Part shown: positions 49,590 to 59,938 of the stretch, piece after piece
Position numbering within the stretch: position 1 is the stretch's first letter
Layout: every line of letters starts with the position of its first letter
Source of the DNA: an uncultured Candidatus Saccharibacteria bacterium
Lineage (GTDB): Bacteria; Patescibacteriota; Minisyncoccia; Phycocordibacterales; DSPV01
Assembly (NCBI GenBank): GCA_964616075.1
Contig: CAZTRA010000003.1
Coordinates: 26,075 to 90,074, forward strand
DNA: 64,000 nucleotides
Direction: 5' to 3'
Position numbers and translations under genes: made by a program
The notes under the pieces: generated by a model
Told to the model about the DNA's origin: nothing
Databases searched by the model: none
What the model saw: the letters and a program-made list of their open reading frames with translations, nothing else

Positions 49590-51119
49590 ATGGGATTTGC
49601 AAAAGTACACAGTGCCCAACCGATACTCCTCAACGCACACCTTGTGAGTGTTGAGGCCGATGTCTCCTCTGGACTCTTTGCATTCTCAATTGTTGGACTT
49701 CCTGATAAGGCAGTGGAAGAAGCGCGAGATCGAGTTGCGGCTGCAATCAAAAATTCTGGTTTCAAATCACCAAAACAGCAAAATAATAAAGTGATCATTT
49801 CCCTCGCACCAGCATCACTTAAAAAAGAAGGGCCAGCATTTGATGTGCCAATTGCACTATCATATCTACTCGCCACCAAAGATATTTCTTTCTCACCTGA
49901 AAAAAAATTATTCCTTGGCGAGCTCGCACTTGATGGGAACATTCGTCCGATCATTGGAGTACTACCCGCTGTACGAGAAGCAGAAAAAAACGGATTCACC
50001 GAAATATACCTCCCAAAAGAAAACATTGAAGAAGCATCGCTCATTAAAAACATCACACTCTTTCCAGTACCATCTCTGGCCGCACTCATCAACCATCTCT
50101 CCGGAAAATCACCCCTCACACCACACACACAAACACGTCCCTCTGATTACAAAGAAAACAATGAAACATTGTATGACCTATCAGAAATTAGAGGACAAGA
50201 ACATGCAAAACGTGGATTATTAATCGCCGCCGCAGGCGGACATAACGTCGCCATGTACGGACCACCCGGTACAGGAAAAACAATGCTCGCACGTGCATTC
50301 ATTGGTTTACTACCACCCCTCTCTCCAGAAGACGCCCTCGATGTGACCTCAATCCACTCCGTTGCCGGGATGTTACACAATGCACTTATCACCCATCCAC
50401 CACTGCGCACACCTCACCATACAGCAAGCTATGTTTCACTAGTTGGGGGTGGGAGTACAATAAAACCAGGAGAAGTGACTTTGGCGCACAAAGGAGTTTT
50501 ATTTCTTGATGAATTTCCCGAATTTGAACGTCGTGTTATTAATGCGTTGCGACAACCACTTGAAGACCGCGTCATCTCTCTTAGCCGTGCAAAAGGTTCT
50601 GCAACGTTTCCTGCTGATTTTATTTTAATTGCCGCAATGAACCCGTGCCCTTGTGGAAATTTTGGCACGAAAGGAAAAGCATGCATATGTTCTGCTGCAA
50701 CAATTTCTCGTTATAAATCAAAATTATCAGGACCTATTATAGATCGCATTGATCTATGGCTCGAAGTGGGACCAATTGACCATGCGTTACTTTTAGAAAA
50801 AACATCCACACAAAAGGAAAGTGCACGGGCACGGGAATGTGTCATCCGCGCACGAATGAGACAATACGAACGTGCAAAAAAATGTGGTCTTACACGGGCA
50901 GCAAACGCAAACCTTAGAGCAAAAGATCTACACGCTGTTCTCATGATTACCGACGAAGCAAAAAAAGTTTTGAATACAATTGCAATAAAACTAAATCTCT
51001 CAGCCCGTGCCTACCATCGCATCGCAAAGTTGGGACGTACAATTGCCGATATAGAGGGCAGCGAAACATTATTACCCGAACACCTTCTCGAGGCAGCCCA
51101 GTACCGACCAAAACAGTGA
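49590..51119 (+). CDS. comM: YifB/ComM family Mg-chelatase-like AAA+ ATPase
   Basis: 509 aa. N-terminal Lon-like ChlI domain, Walker A GPPGTGKT, Walker B VLFLDEF and a C-terminal Mg_chelatase_C region. Confidence 0.85.
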   Translation: MGFAKVHSAQPILLNAHLVSVEADVSSGLFAFSIVGLPDKAVEEARDRVAAAIKNSGFKSPKQQNNKVIISLAPASLKKEGPAFDVPIALSYLLATKDISFSPEKKLFLGELALDGNIRPIIGVLPAVREAEKNGFTEIYLPKENIEEASLIKNITLFPVPSLAALINHLSGKSPLTPHTQTRPSDYKENNETLYDLSEIRGQEHAKRGLLIAAAGGHNVAMYGPPGTGKTMLARAFIGLLPPLSPEDALDVTSIHSVAGMLHNALITHPPLRTPHHTASYVSLVGGGSTIKPGEVTLAHKGVLFLDEFPEFERRVINALRQPLEDRVISLSRAKGSATFPADFILIAAMNPCPCGNFGTKGKACICSAATISRYKSKLSGPIIDRIDLWLEVGPIDHALLLEKTSTQKESARARECVIRARMRQYERAKKCGLTRAANANLRAKDLHAVLMITDEAKKVLNTIAIKLNLSARAYHRIAKLGRTIADIEGSETLLPEHLLEAAQYRPKQ

Positions 51120-51174
51120 TTGAAAACACTCCCTAAACAAAGTAACCACTAGCCAACAAAAAAAGAACTCGGCA

Positions 51175-52239
51175 CTATCGAGCAAACGGATTCTTAGCAC
51201 CACGAACTTCAAAATGCAGGTGTGGTCCAGTAGAACGTCCTGTTGACCCTGAATATCCAATAAGTTGTCCTTGAGCAACCTCAACCCCTTCACGTGTCGC
51301 CAAACGATCAAGGTGCGCATACAATGTTTGAGTCCCGTTGGGATGCGCAACAACTATGTAATTTCCATAGCCACCATTCCAACCACTTCCACGAGCCACA
51401 ATAACAACACCCCCCGCCGAAGCAACGATCGTAGTGCCGCGGGGAGCTGCAAGATCAACTCCATTATATCCATGAAGACCTTGTGAAATAGTTCCACCAT
51501 ACACCGGACGAATATAATAATCACCCAAATCAGGACCACCTGCGCCACGAATTTTTGATGTAACCGTGCGCGTTACTGATGTTGTAAACATCTTTTTACC
51601 ATTAGGGACCAGAATCTCTTCCCCGAGAGCAAGCACTGAGTGAGCAGAAATATTATTAAACTGGGCAATTTCTGTTATATCCCCTTTATATTGTTTCGCA
51701 ATTGATTGCAACGTATCACCTTTCTTTACAGTATGAAGCACTCCATTAATCGGCAAAATAACCAATGTCTGACCCTCGTGAATAACCCCATTCTTAATAT
51801 CATTCGCCCAAATAACCGTATTCACAGAAACATTGAACGCAGTAGCGATTGCCGAGAGTGTATCTCCTTTACGAACCACATAGACCACAACCTGATCAGA
51901 AACCGGGGGACTATCGACTGTATCCGCAAGCGTACCCGAGGGTCCACTCTCCGGCATTAACGCTGAACCAACAATCATAATATCACCACCACCCCGCGCA
52001 AAAGATTGACTTGATGATAATACTGCTTGCAACAAAGCAAGGTTTTGAGAATTAAGGGATTCATCCAACACAGCAACTTCGAGTGTTTCTGATCGAGTTG
52101 GAGCAAAAAAATCACTAATAGCCGTCAACAATCTAGCCTCGGCCGGGAGTGCCGGGAAAAAGAACGGGATTATAAACACACCCCATACATTTTTTTTCCC
52201 AATAGCTATGTAGCGAAAGAAGAAAGATTTCATCATCAT
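51175..52239 (-). CDS. LysM-domain M23 family metallopeptidase
   Basis: N-terminal TM. Two LysM motifs (GDTLSAIA…, GDTLQSIA…). C-terminal HLD…GSTGRSTGPHLHFE M23 signature. Confidence 0.85.
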   Translation of the reverse strand: MMMKSFFFRYIAIGKKNVWGVFIIPFFFPALPAEARLLTAISDFFAPTRSETLEVAVLDESLNSQNLALLQAVLSSSQSFARGGGDIMIVGSALMPESGPSGTLADTVDSPPVSDQVVVYVVRKGDTLSAIATAFNVSVNTVIWANDIKNGVIHEGQTLVILPINGVLHTVKKGDTLQSIAKQYKGDITEIAQFNNISAHSVLALGEEILVPNGKKMFTTSVTRTVTSKIRGAGGPDLGDYYIRPVYGGTISQGLHGYNGVDLAAPRGTTIVASAGGVVIVARGSGWNGGYGNYIVVAHPNGTQTLYAHLDRLATREGVEVAQGQLIGYSGSTGRSTGPHLHFEVRGAKNPFAR

Positions 52240-52497
52240 CTCTTTTTCACCTTTTGATGCAGAAGTAAAAATACGGCTCTGTTTAAGGAATAATCAGTAT
52301 TTCATGAAATATATGGCTTAATGAAGCCATATTAAAGATCCGTTTCATCTAACTCAACCACTATATCTACCCCGTTTGGTGGAGTCAATGTTTTGTAATA
52401 CCCATTGTGGATAACATATATAAAATATAGCCTTGTTAAGCCGTATATTTTATGATTGGCTCTGTATGGCTATAAAAAATGGGTTATAAAATGAAAT

Positions 52498-54426
52498 TTG
52501 CTATACTTTCTGTTCGAACCAATGGAATCCTATCTTCAAGAACTCAATGAACAGCAACGTAAAGCAGTACTTACAACGACTGGACCGCTCCTTGTTGTTG
52601 CCGGAGCAGGAGCCGGTAAAACAAAAACTATTGCACATAGAATACTACATTTAGTCAAGACCTTAGTACCGGCATCTTCAATACTTGCTATAACATTTAC
52701 TAATAAAGCCGCAAAAGAGATGCGGGAGCGTGTAACAAGGTTATTAGGTGAAGAAAAAAATGGCCCAACCATAGCAACGTTTCATTCTCTAGGAGTTCGT
52801 TTGTTAAAAGAATTTGGCTCTGACATCAATATACCTCGAGGATTTGTCATCTTTGATCGTGATGACGCAAAACGAGCAATAAAAGCTGCACTTGAGTCAC
52901 TTTCAATCGACCCAAAACGATACGAGCCGGCAAAACTACTTTCCGCCATATCGAAAGCAAAAGGGGAGGGGAGAAATGCGCATGACTATCGTGCACGAGC
53001 ACAAAGTTCTTTTGGAGATATTGTCTCTCAAGTATACGCACGTTATGAGTCCATATTGAAAGAAGAAGGTGGGCTTGATTTTGATGACCTTCTACTTAAA
53101 ACAGCAGAGCTATTAAGTTCTTCAAAAAGTCGTGCAAGAGAGATACTTCTGAAACGTTTTACCCATATACATATTGATGAGTACCAGGATACTAATATGA
53201 TCCAGTATATGATCGCCAAACAACTCGTCGGCCCTGAAAAAAATATCTGTGTTGTAGGCGACAGTGATCAATCCATATATGGCTGGCGGGGTGCAAACAT
53301 ACACAACATACTAGATTTTGAAAAAGATTTTCCCGAAACAACCGTAGTACTTCTTGAACAAAATTACCGTTCTACAAAGACTATTCTTGCTGCGGCAACC
53401 GCTATTATTGAAAAAAATGAACTACGGAAAGAAAAACGACTGTTTACCAACAACACTGAAGGAGAAAAAATTGGTTTATATGTCGGATATGACGAAGAAG
53501 ATGAAGCTATGTTTGTTGCCCAAAAAACATCCGCCTACATTGCGCGAGGAGTAGCACCAGAAAATATTGCGATATTATATCGTGCAAATTTTCAATCACG
53601 TGTACTTGAACAAGCACTATTGAAAGCACATGTACCATACCAACTAGTTGGCACTCGTTTCTTTGAACGCAAAGAAGTAAAAGACGCTCTTTCATATCTG
53701 CGTCTCGCCCTACTCACAGAAAACGGTATGGACTTACGACGCGTACTTAATGTCCCCACACGAGGTCTTGGAAAAGTTACACTCCTAACCATTATCGAAA
53801 AAAGAGAGCACGAACTTTCTCCCGCAGCTACAAAAAAACTTGCAGATTTTCGAAACCTACTCCGTAGAGTGAAAGAAAAAAGTTTAACTGAATCAACATC
53901 AAAGACTGTACGCTACCTTCTTGAAGAAAGCGGCTTATTTGTACTTTATCAAAAGGGGAAAGGTGAGGATATTGAACACCTTGAAAACCTCAAGGAGTTG
54001 GTAAGTGTTGCTACACAATATGACCATTATCCTACCGGCGAAGGAATTCACCGCCTCATCGAAGATGCAGCCCTCATGAGCGACCAAGATGAACTGTCTG
54101 AGAAAAAACAGGGGGTTAAACTTATGACCATACACGCCGCCAAAGGACTCGAATTTGATATTGTATTTGTAACTGGCCTTGAAGAAGGTTTGTTCCCTCA
54201 TGACGGAAACGGGAACAAAACAAAAGAAGAACAGGAAGAAGAACGACGACTTGCCTACGTTGCAGTCACACGTTCTAAGAAAAAACTTATTCTTACTTAT
54301 GCAGGAGTACGTACAATTTTTGGCCTACGAAACACAACAGTCCCTTCAATATTCCTATCAGATATTGACGACTTACTCATTGAAGCAGAAGACTCGGGGA
54401 GTGGGTTCCATACAATTTATATGTAA
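52498..54426 (+). CDS. pcrA: UvrD/PcrA/Rep family ATP-dependent DNA helicase
   Basis: 642 aa. Walker A AGAGAGKTKTI, TFHSLG, DEYQDTN and the C-terminal helicase motifs. Confidence 0.85.
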   Translation: MLYFLFEPMESYLQELNEQQRKAVLTTTGPLLVVAGAGAGKTKTIAHRILHLVKTLVPASSILAITFTNKAAKEMRERVTRLLGEEKNGPTIATFHSLGVRLLKEFGSDINIPRGFVIFDRDDAKRAIKAALESLSIDPKRYEPAKLLSAISKAKGEGRNAHDYRARAQSSFGDIVSQVYARYESILKEEGGLDFDDLLLKTAELLSSSKSRAREILLKRFTHIHIDEYQDTNMIQYMIAKQLVGPEKNICVVGDSDQSIYGWRGANIHNILDFEKDFPETTVVLLEQNYRSTKTILAAATAIIEKNELRKEKRLFTNNTEGEKIGLYVGYDEEDEAMFVAQKTSAYIARGVAPENIAILYRANFQSRVLEQALLKAHVPYQLVGTRFFERKEVKDALSYLRLALLTENGMDLRRVLNVPTRGLGKVTLLTIIEKREHELSPAATKKLADFRNLLRRVKEKSLTESTSKTVRYLLEESGLFVLYQKGKGEDIEHLENLKELVSVATQYDHYPTGEGIHRLIEDAALMSDQDELSEKKQGVKLMTIHAAKGLEFDIVFVTGLEEGLFPHDGNGNKTKEEQEEERRLAYVAVTRSKKKLILTYAGVRTIFGLRNTTVPSIFLSDIDDLLIEAEDSGSGFHTIYM

Positions 54427-54448
54427 TGATGTACGTGCCACCTAAAGA

Positions 54449-55333
54449 TTGATACACTCGATATTACCAAACATGACTACACAAGAAACACCATTTGAAC
54501 CTGCAAAAAAATCCTTGGGGCAACACTTTCTCACCAACCCTGCCATTGCCACCAGTATCACCGAAGCAGCAGAAGTATCATCTCGAGACACTGTTGTTGA
54601 GATTGGACCTGGAAGAGGCATACTCACCAAAGCACTGATTCCCGTGGCACGAGATATAATTGCAATTGAAAAAGATGAGCGCCTCTTATTTCGTTTGTCG
54701 TTCGACTTTAAAAAAGAAATTACTGAAAAAAAACTTATTCTAATAAGAGATGACGCCCTCAATTTTAATCCTCAACAATACCATCTCCAACCAAGGGGGT
54801 ATAAACTTGTCGCTAATATTCCGTACTACATTACTGGTGCAATTATCAGAAAATTCCTTGGAGAACCAACATACCCAAATACCATGACACTCATGATTCA
54901 AAAAGAGGTTGCCGATCGTATTGTTGCAAAGAAAAAAAAGGAAAGCCTCCTCTCTATTGCTGTAAAAGTGTACGGTGAACCACGCTACATACAGACAATA
55001 AAAGCGGGAGCATTTTCACCTCCTCCTTCAGTTGATTCGGCAATCATTTCAATAAAAAATATCTCTCACGAGTATTTTAAAACAACTGACTCGAATATAT
55101 TTTTTACCATTGTACGTACAGGTTTTGCCCAAAAAAGAAAACAGCTTATTTCAAATCTATCCCGTATCATTGATAAAAACTACGTGCGCATAGCCCTGCA
55201 ATCAGCAACATTACCAGAAAATATTCGCGCTGAGGACGTGTCTCTTGAAAATTGGAAAATAATTATCTCCCAACTTGTTCCTTATTTTAAAAAAGAAACC
55301 ACGTTACAATCCAAAACCCCTCATATACTCTGA
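54449..55333 (+). CDS. rsmA: 16S rRNA (adenine1518/1519-N6)-dimethyltransferase RsmA/KsgA
   Basis: Contains LGQHFL, VVEIGPGRGILT and NIPYYIT. Confidence 0.85.
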   Translation: MIHSILPNMTTQETPFEPAKKSLGQHFLTNPAIATSITEAAEVSSRDTVVEIGPGRGILTKALIPVARDIIAIEKDERLLFRLSFDFKKEITEKKLILIRDDALNFNPQQYHLQPRGYKLVANIPYYITGAIIRKFLGEPTYPNTMTLMIQKEVADRIVAKKKKESLLSIAVKVYGEPRYIQTIKAGAFSPPPSVDSAIISIKNISHEYFKTTDSNIFFTIVRTGFAQKRKQLISNLSRIIDKNYVRIALQSATLPENIRAEDVSLENWKIIISQLVPYFKKETTLQSKTPHIL

Positions 55334-56556
55334 CCGTACAATGTCGGAAGTGAACCCATTATAGTAAAACAGGTGATACCTGCATATACGGCACAAATAC
55401 CGGCCGCTGGAGTAAATAACCCTAAATAAAATCCTCCTGGTACTGTAGAACCCGTAATTGGCACAAAACCTGGAGGAAAATAAACCAAACCACCACCGCC
55501 ACTACCACCAAAAAGAGTAAGAAGATTGAGAGTACCTCCTCCGCAGGTACAGACCATAACAATCGACGCATTAAGTCCACCTCCTGAAAGCTGAGCTTCT
55601 GCCTTTTGTGGAACCACACTTACACGAGAAAAAAGTTTTGTTGTGTTTTCGAAAAATCCACTCAATCCACCTTCAAACAGAACATGTCGGGCGGCACGTA
55701 ATAATAATTTTTGATTTTCTGTAGATCCGTTACTATTACTAACACTCACATGAAACAAATCATCAAGATCGTAGAGTGATTTACCGTTTTTTGCCAACAT
55801 GGTCGCTAAATCAACTTCATTTTTCATATCCTTATATGGCCGTACCACATCCTCAAGCGTTGCTCCTGCCGCTCGAACAGGTGTCTCTATTTGAGACAAA
55901 ATATCAGTCGGAAGGGCTCGCAATTCTTCAAGTGTCATCGTACGAGCAACAGGGGCCTTATATTGAAATACGATCGTTTTCCCATCAACAGAAGGAATAT
56001 TCTCAAATGTTCGTACCAAAAGACCAGAACCGATATCTATTTTGTTACCTGTTGGAGTAAAACCGTCACCGGTAATAGTCACCATATCTCCTGAGCGCAC
56101 TCGGGTAGGTGAAATAGCTGTTATCACAATTTTTTTTGAAGTAGTTGCCGTCTTCATTTCTGATAGCTTTGTTTTTATGGGTTTAGTTTCACCCTGTGTC
56201 ACAATCGAAGTAATAAACCGTTGTTCAAAACTTTGCAATTTTGCCCGCGTTAATGTGCCCACATATCCCGTAGCGGTAACCAGACCAGCAGGATCTAAAA
56301 TCTCCTTTTTATACTTATTCTGAAAACGAACAACTGCATCATTCGTTCGTGTACCAAAATAATCAGTTTCTTGCCCTGGAGAACCTGGGCCAGAAGAAGT
56401 AACATATGTATCAGGATCTGTATTAAGGACTATCTGTAACGCGCGGACATCTGGCCCACGATCACCAATTTTTAAATTCCGCACAAACGCCGCCTCTGTA
56501 ACAAAAGGAAGTACTATAACGCACCACAGGAAAACAAGAACAATAACACGCTTCAT
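55321..56556 (-). CDS. Secreted protein with peptidoglycan-binding (PG_binding_1-like) domain, Ig-like segment and Gly/Cys-rich hydrophobic C-terminus
   Basis: Signal peptide. LKIGDRGPDVRALQIVLN…FGTRTNDAVVRFQ matches PG-binding. The C-terminal 90 aa are Gly-rich with CTCGGG. Confidence 0.45.
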   Translation of the reverse strand: MKRVIVLVFLWCVIVLPFVTEAAFVRNLKIGDRGPDVRALQIVLNTDPDTYVTSSGPGSPGQETDYFGTRTNDAVVRFQNKYKKEILDPAGLVTATGYVGTLTRAKLQSFEQRFITSIVTQGETKPIKTKLSEMKTATTSKKIVITAISPTRVRSGDMVTITGDGFTPTGNKIDIGSGLLVRTFENIPSVDGKTIVFQYKAPVARTMTLEELRALPTDILSQIETPVRAAGATLEDVVRPYKDMKNEVDLATMLAKNGKSLYDLDDLFHVSVSNSNGSTENQKLLLRAARHVLFEGGLSGFFENTTKLFSRVSVVPQKAEAQLSGGGLNASIVMVCTCGGGTLNLLTLFGGSGGGGLVYFPPGFVPITGSTVPGGFYLGLFTPAAGICAVYAGITCFTIMGSLPTLYGQSI

Positions 56557-56633
56557 AAGAATATTTTATTATTCTACCTCTAAACTGTTTGAAATTCGAT
56601 AAAGGAAAGTGATAAAAAGGGTATAATGCTAGT

Positions 56634-57584
56634 ATGAAGGGAAAACTTATACTTACCTCAATACTTATTGGTATATTTTTTGTCACCGGAGCATTATTTA
56701 TCACCGCGATTAATGGTACAGCCACCACACAGTCCACCGAGACGCAACACGCTGTTTTAGACAAGACCGCACAAGCATTCGCTGCAACTTATGAAGATAG
56801 TGATAGTGATGATTTATCAGATTGGGAGGAGCGTTTATGGAAAAGCGATCCTTTAAAATCAGATACTGATGGCGATGGAACAAATGATGGTGAGGAAATT
56901 AAACAAAAACGAGACCCGACAACAGCTGGGCCACAAGACACTATAAGCTCACTCATAGCCAGCTCTACAAACAAAACAAAAAGTGTTGAAGAATCTCCTT
57001 TTATGAAAGGTTCTTTTGCTGAATCATTCGCACAAACATACATTGCTATGGGACAAGGGGCCCCGTGGTCAGAAAAACAAAAAATTGAACTTGCGGAAAA
57101 GCTGCTAACAGAAATACAAGGAAACGATGTTTTACAAACCAAAAAGGTTCTCTCTTTACAACAACTCACGCGCACTGATAGTAATACACAGCAGTCATAT
57201 GGCGCATATGCATCGGGATTTAAAGAGCGCCTGAAAGAGAATCGCCCAACAGAGCCAGAAAATGAAGCAGTAGTATTACAACGAGGGCTTGAAACAAAAA
57301 ACCGTATTGATTTTGAAAAATTAGGAGCAATTGCTCTCTCCCACGAGAAAACTGCAGACGCGTTATCTCTACTTCCCACACCATCAGGGCTTGCCGTTGT
57401 TCACCTTGAACTCATTAACGCTTTCTATGATATTTCAATCGCAGTCTATGGAATGCAACGTGCTCAAAATGACCCCATTGCTGGACTTGCTGGAATTCAA
57501 CGGTATGCTCCTGCACAACAACGACTTGCCGCGGCTTTGATATCTTTAAACAACGAACTTAAGAAGAACGGCGTATCATTGTAA
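56634..57584 (+). CDS. Hypothetical membrane-anchored protein with Asp-rich calcium-binding-like repeat
   Basis: N-terminal TM. DSDSDDLSDWEERLWKSDPLKSDTDGDGTNDGEE. No other known domain. First ORF upstream of the T4SS-like operon. Confidence 0.45.
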   Translation: MKGKLILTSILIGIFFVTGALFITAINGTATTQSTETQHAVLDKTAQAFAATYEDSDSDDLSDWEERLWKSDPLKSDTDGDGTNDGEEIKQKRDPTTAGPQDTISSLIASSTNKTKSVEESPFMKGSFAESFAQTYIAMGQGAPWSEKQKIELAEKLLTEIQGNDVLQTKKVLSLQQLTRTDSNTQQSYGAYASGFKERLKENRPTEPENEAVVLQRGLETKNRIDFEKLGAIALSHEKTADALSLLPTPSGLAVVHLELINAFYDISIAVYGMQRAQNDPIAGLAGIQRYAPAQQRLAAALISLNNELKKNGVSL

Positions 57585-57648
57585 GACACTTACAAAAACA
57601 GTAATACACAACTAGAAAAAATTAGGACACCTCATCGAGGTATAATGA

Positions 57649-59937
57649 GTGGTGCATTTCATGAGAGCGCTCCTAACATTGGCGAAGGATTTACTAAGAC
57701 ATATCAATCTTTCTGCATTGATGGTCCTTGTTTTTCTTTTTTCGGCAATAATGTGTAATCCAAAATCGGTCCTTGCTGGTTTTGTTCCAGTATTAGACAG
57801 CGCGGTTGTTGCAGAACTCTCAGCGCTTAATGCCATACAAGCAGAGCAGGCTGCCATGAGTACGCAACTCACCTTAAAAGAAATTTTGCTTGACGGTGTT
57901 GTATTCGGACTTATTAACACTTTAATTGATCAATTAGGAAACGAGGTGGTCAACTGGATTAATAGTGGTTTTGAAGATACTCCAATGTTTGTTCAGGATC
58001 CTGGAGGGTTTATGTTAAATGCAGCAGATCAAGCCAGTGGCAGACTCATCGCCGAAATGGGTCTTGAAAACTTTATCTGTGACCCTTTCATGCTTCCCTC
58101 ATTACAACTTGCACTGAACCTAAATTTCGGCGTAAACACCGGACGTTGGCAAAGAGATTACTACTGTACATTTAGTCGAGCAAAAAATATTCACTCAGAA
58201 ACCTTTATGAGGGGTGATTTTGCTGGTGGTGGAGGATGGGACGCGTGGGTTGATATGTCAGTCCGAAATCAAAATGTAATCGGTGCATCAGGTGCTGCTG
58301 GCCTTATGATGGATAGACGTATCGCTACAATTCTTGGCATAGAGCAAGATAAGCTCAACTGGAATAAAGGCTTCTTCTCTGCGACAAATATTGAAGGCTA
58401 TATCAAAACACCTGGAACTGTCATTGAAAACAAATTAAACGACACCTTTGATTCAAGTTCACGTCGTATTGAGGTTGCTGATGAAATCAGTGAAATCATT
58501 GGGGCTCTCATTAATTTAGCAATGAAGAGCCTTATGACCGGCCTCGCATCAAACAGCAGCTCAGCTACCAACTACAGCGCTCAATACAGCGCTAATACCA
58601 CCTATTCAACCACTGATTACCAAAACCTTAAAGGAAGTGGTGTGTTATTACCTCCAGAGACTACGTCTAGCAATATACCAACATTCAGTGGAGGGCCCGC
58701 TGTAAACCAGATTTATGCGCAATCAAATTATCAGGGTCCTTTAATACATGACGACCATGGATGGCCAAACCGTATCCAATACGCAAGCCTCGCTACTGAT
58801 GGTAACAAAAATGCCCAGATGTATTATTCGAGCATGTCATACAACAACGACCCTACCGGAATGGCGTGGTGGAAGGGTGTTTTTGAAACAAGACAAAATT
58901 TTAGTGAATTAAAAATAACAACCGCACTTGATTACTACGATAGTCGTGATTGGAAGAATTGGGTTCGAACGGACAACTTACGACCTCGTTTTTATACCAT
59001 AAACCAAAATTCTGGTATTGAAACTGAAGTAGTTAACACAAAAGACGCTTCAGGAAATGTGGTCCCCATCACGTGTCGCATCCATTACATAAATTCGAGT
59101 GGAAATCCAGCAACTACCGCGGGTTGCATTTTACCTCTTTTGCGTGTTGAATCATTTCGTATAGAACTCGTTCACCCCGTATCAGCTGATGTGGTGCGCA
59201 TCGAACGTCCAAGATACCTCGCTTTAAACGAAATTGAGTTCTTTAGAAGAAGTGGTCCCTCATTTTTGGCGTCACAAAGCACTTCCACAACCATCGGATC
59301 AGTATTTAATCCATTCTTTGGTATTTCAGCTAAAGATATAAATGGTGTCGCAATACCAATAACCGCGGCTGTCACTGCTCCTTTTGCAAGCACTAGCTAT
59401 CTTACATATGCCCCTGATGGAACTATTCGACCGTTTATGTTAAACAACGGTAATATTGTTTCTTCTTCAAACACCCTAGGAAACTGGCGCTTTGTATACC
59501 TGGCAAGTGACGCGTACGGCATATTATCACAACCTATGGAGCGTATCATTACAGTTCGAGCACAAGCGACCGCCTCAAGAAAAGAACCTCTTATACTGAT
59601 TGACGGATCAATCCCAACCGCAACACAAACTATTGACATAAGTGGGCAATCAATGCTTGTTGCGATCGGCGATTCACTTACTATCACCAGGGGAGATTCT
59701 TTTGACCCGTTCCAAAAAATAAGCGCTCGTGACGCCGAGGGTACTTCCTATTCCGACTCAACAGTTCCGGGCATCCGAGTTACGTACTCTCGAAACGCCC
59801 CGGGCAGTAACACCTTTCTCTATGAGACCATATTTGATAGCAACAAACCGGGCACGTGGCGTGTCATTTTCGACTTTACTGATCGTTACGGCGCCACCGC
59901 ACTCCCAGTACTGCGAAGTGTGGTAGTAAACCCATAA
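57649..59937 (+). CDS. Large membrane-anchored surface protein (762 aa) with discoidin-like and Ig-like (DUF5011-type) C-terminal domains
   Basis: N-terminal TM. LALNEIEFF is a galactose-binding-like (discoidin) signature. The last ~110 aa resemble a bacterial Ig-like domain. Sits 1 bp upstream of the VirB6-like gene. Confidence 0.5.
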   Translation: MVHFMRALLTLAKDLLRHINLSALMVLVFLFSAIMCNPKSVLAGFVPVLDSAVVAELSALNAIQAEQAAMSTQLTLKEILLDGVVFGLINTLIDQLGNEVVNWINSGFEDTPMFVQDPGGFMLNAADQASGRLIAEMGLENFICDPFMLPSLQLALNLNFGVNTGRWQRDYYCTFSRAKNIHSETFMRGDFAGGGGWDAWVDMSVRNQNVIGASGAAGLMMDRRIATILGIEQDKLNWNKGFFSATNIEGYIKTPGTVIENKLNDTFDSSSRRIEVADEISEIIGALINLAMKSLMTGLASNSSSATNYSAQYSANTTYSTTDYQNLKGSGVLLPPETTSSNIPTFSGGPAVNQIYAQSNYQGPLIHDDHGWPNRIQYASLATDGNKNAQMYYSSMSYNNDPTGMAWWKGVFETRQNFSELKITTALDYYDSRDWKNWVRTDNLRPRFYTINQNSGIETEVVNTKDASGNVVPITCRIHYINSSGNPATTAGCILPLLRVESFRIELVHPVSADVVRIERPRYLALNEIEFFRRSGPSFLASQSTSTTIGSVFNPFFGISAKDINGVAIPITAAVTAPFASTSYLTYAPDGTIRPFMLNNGNIVSSSNTLGNWRFVYLASDAYGILSQPMERIITVRAQATASRKEPLILIDGSIPTATQTIDISGQSMLVAIGDSLTITRGDSFDPFQKISARDAEGTSYSDSTVPGIRVTYSRNAPGSNTFLYETIFDSNKPGTWRVIFDFTDRYGATALPVLRSVVVNP

Positions 59938-59938
59938 C

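Noticed and set aside
49574-50128. 184-aa minus-strand ORF inside comM
   Set aside because: Fully overlapped by the well-supported ComM ATPase gene. Low-complexity Ser/Ala-rich translation.
56789-57379. 196-aa Ser/Cys-rich minus-strand ORF
   Set aside because: Antisense to the 316-aa plus-strand gene, which has a signal/TM anchor and operon context. The minus ORF has implausible composition.
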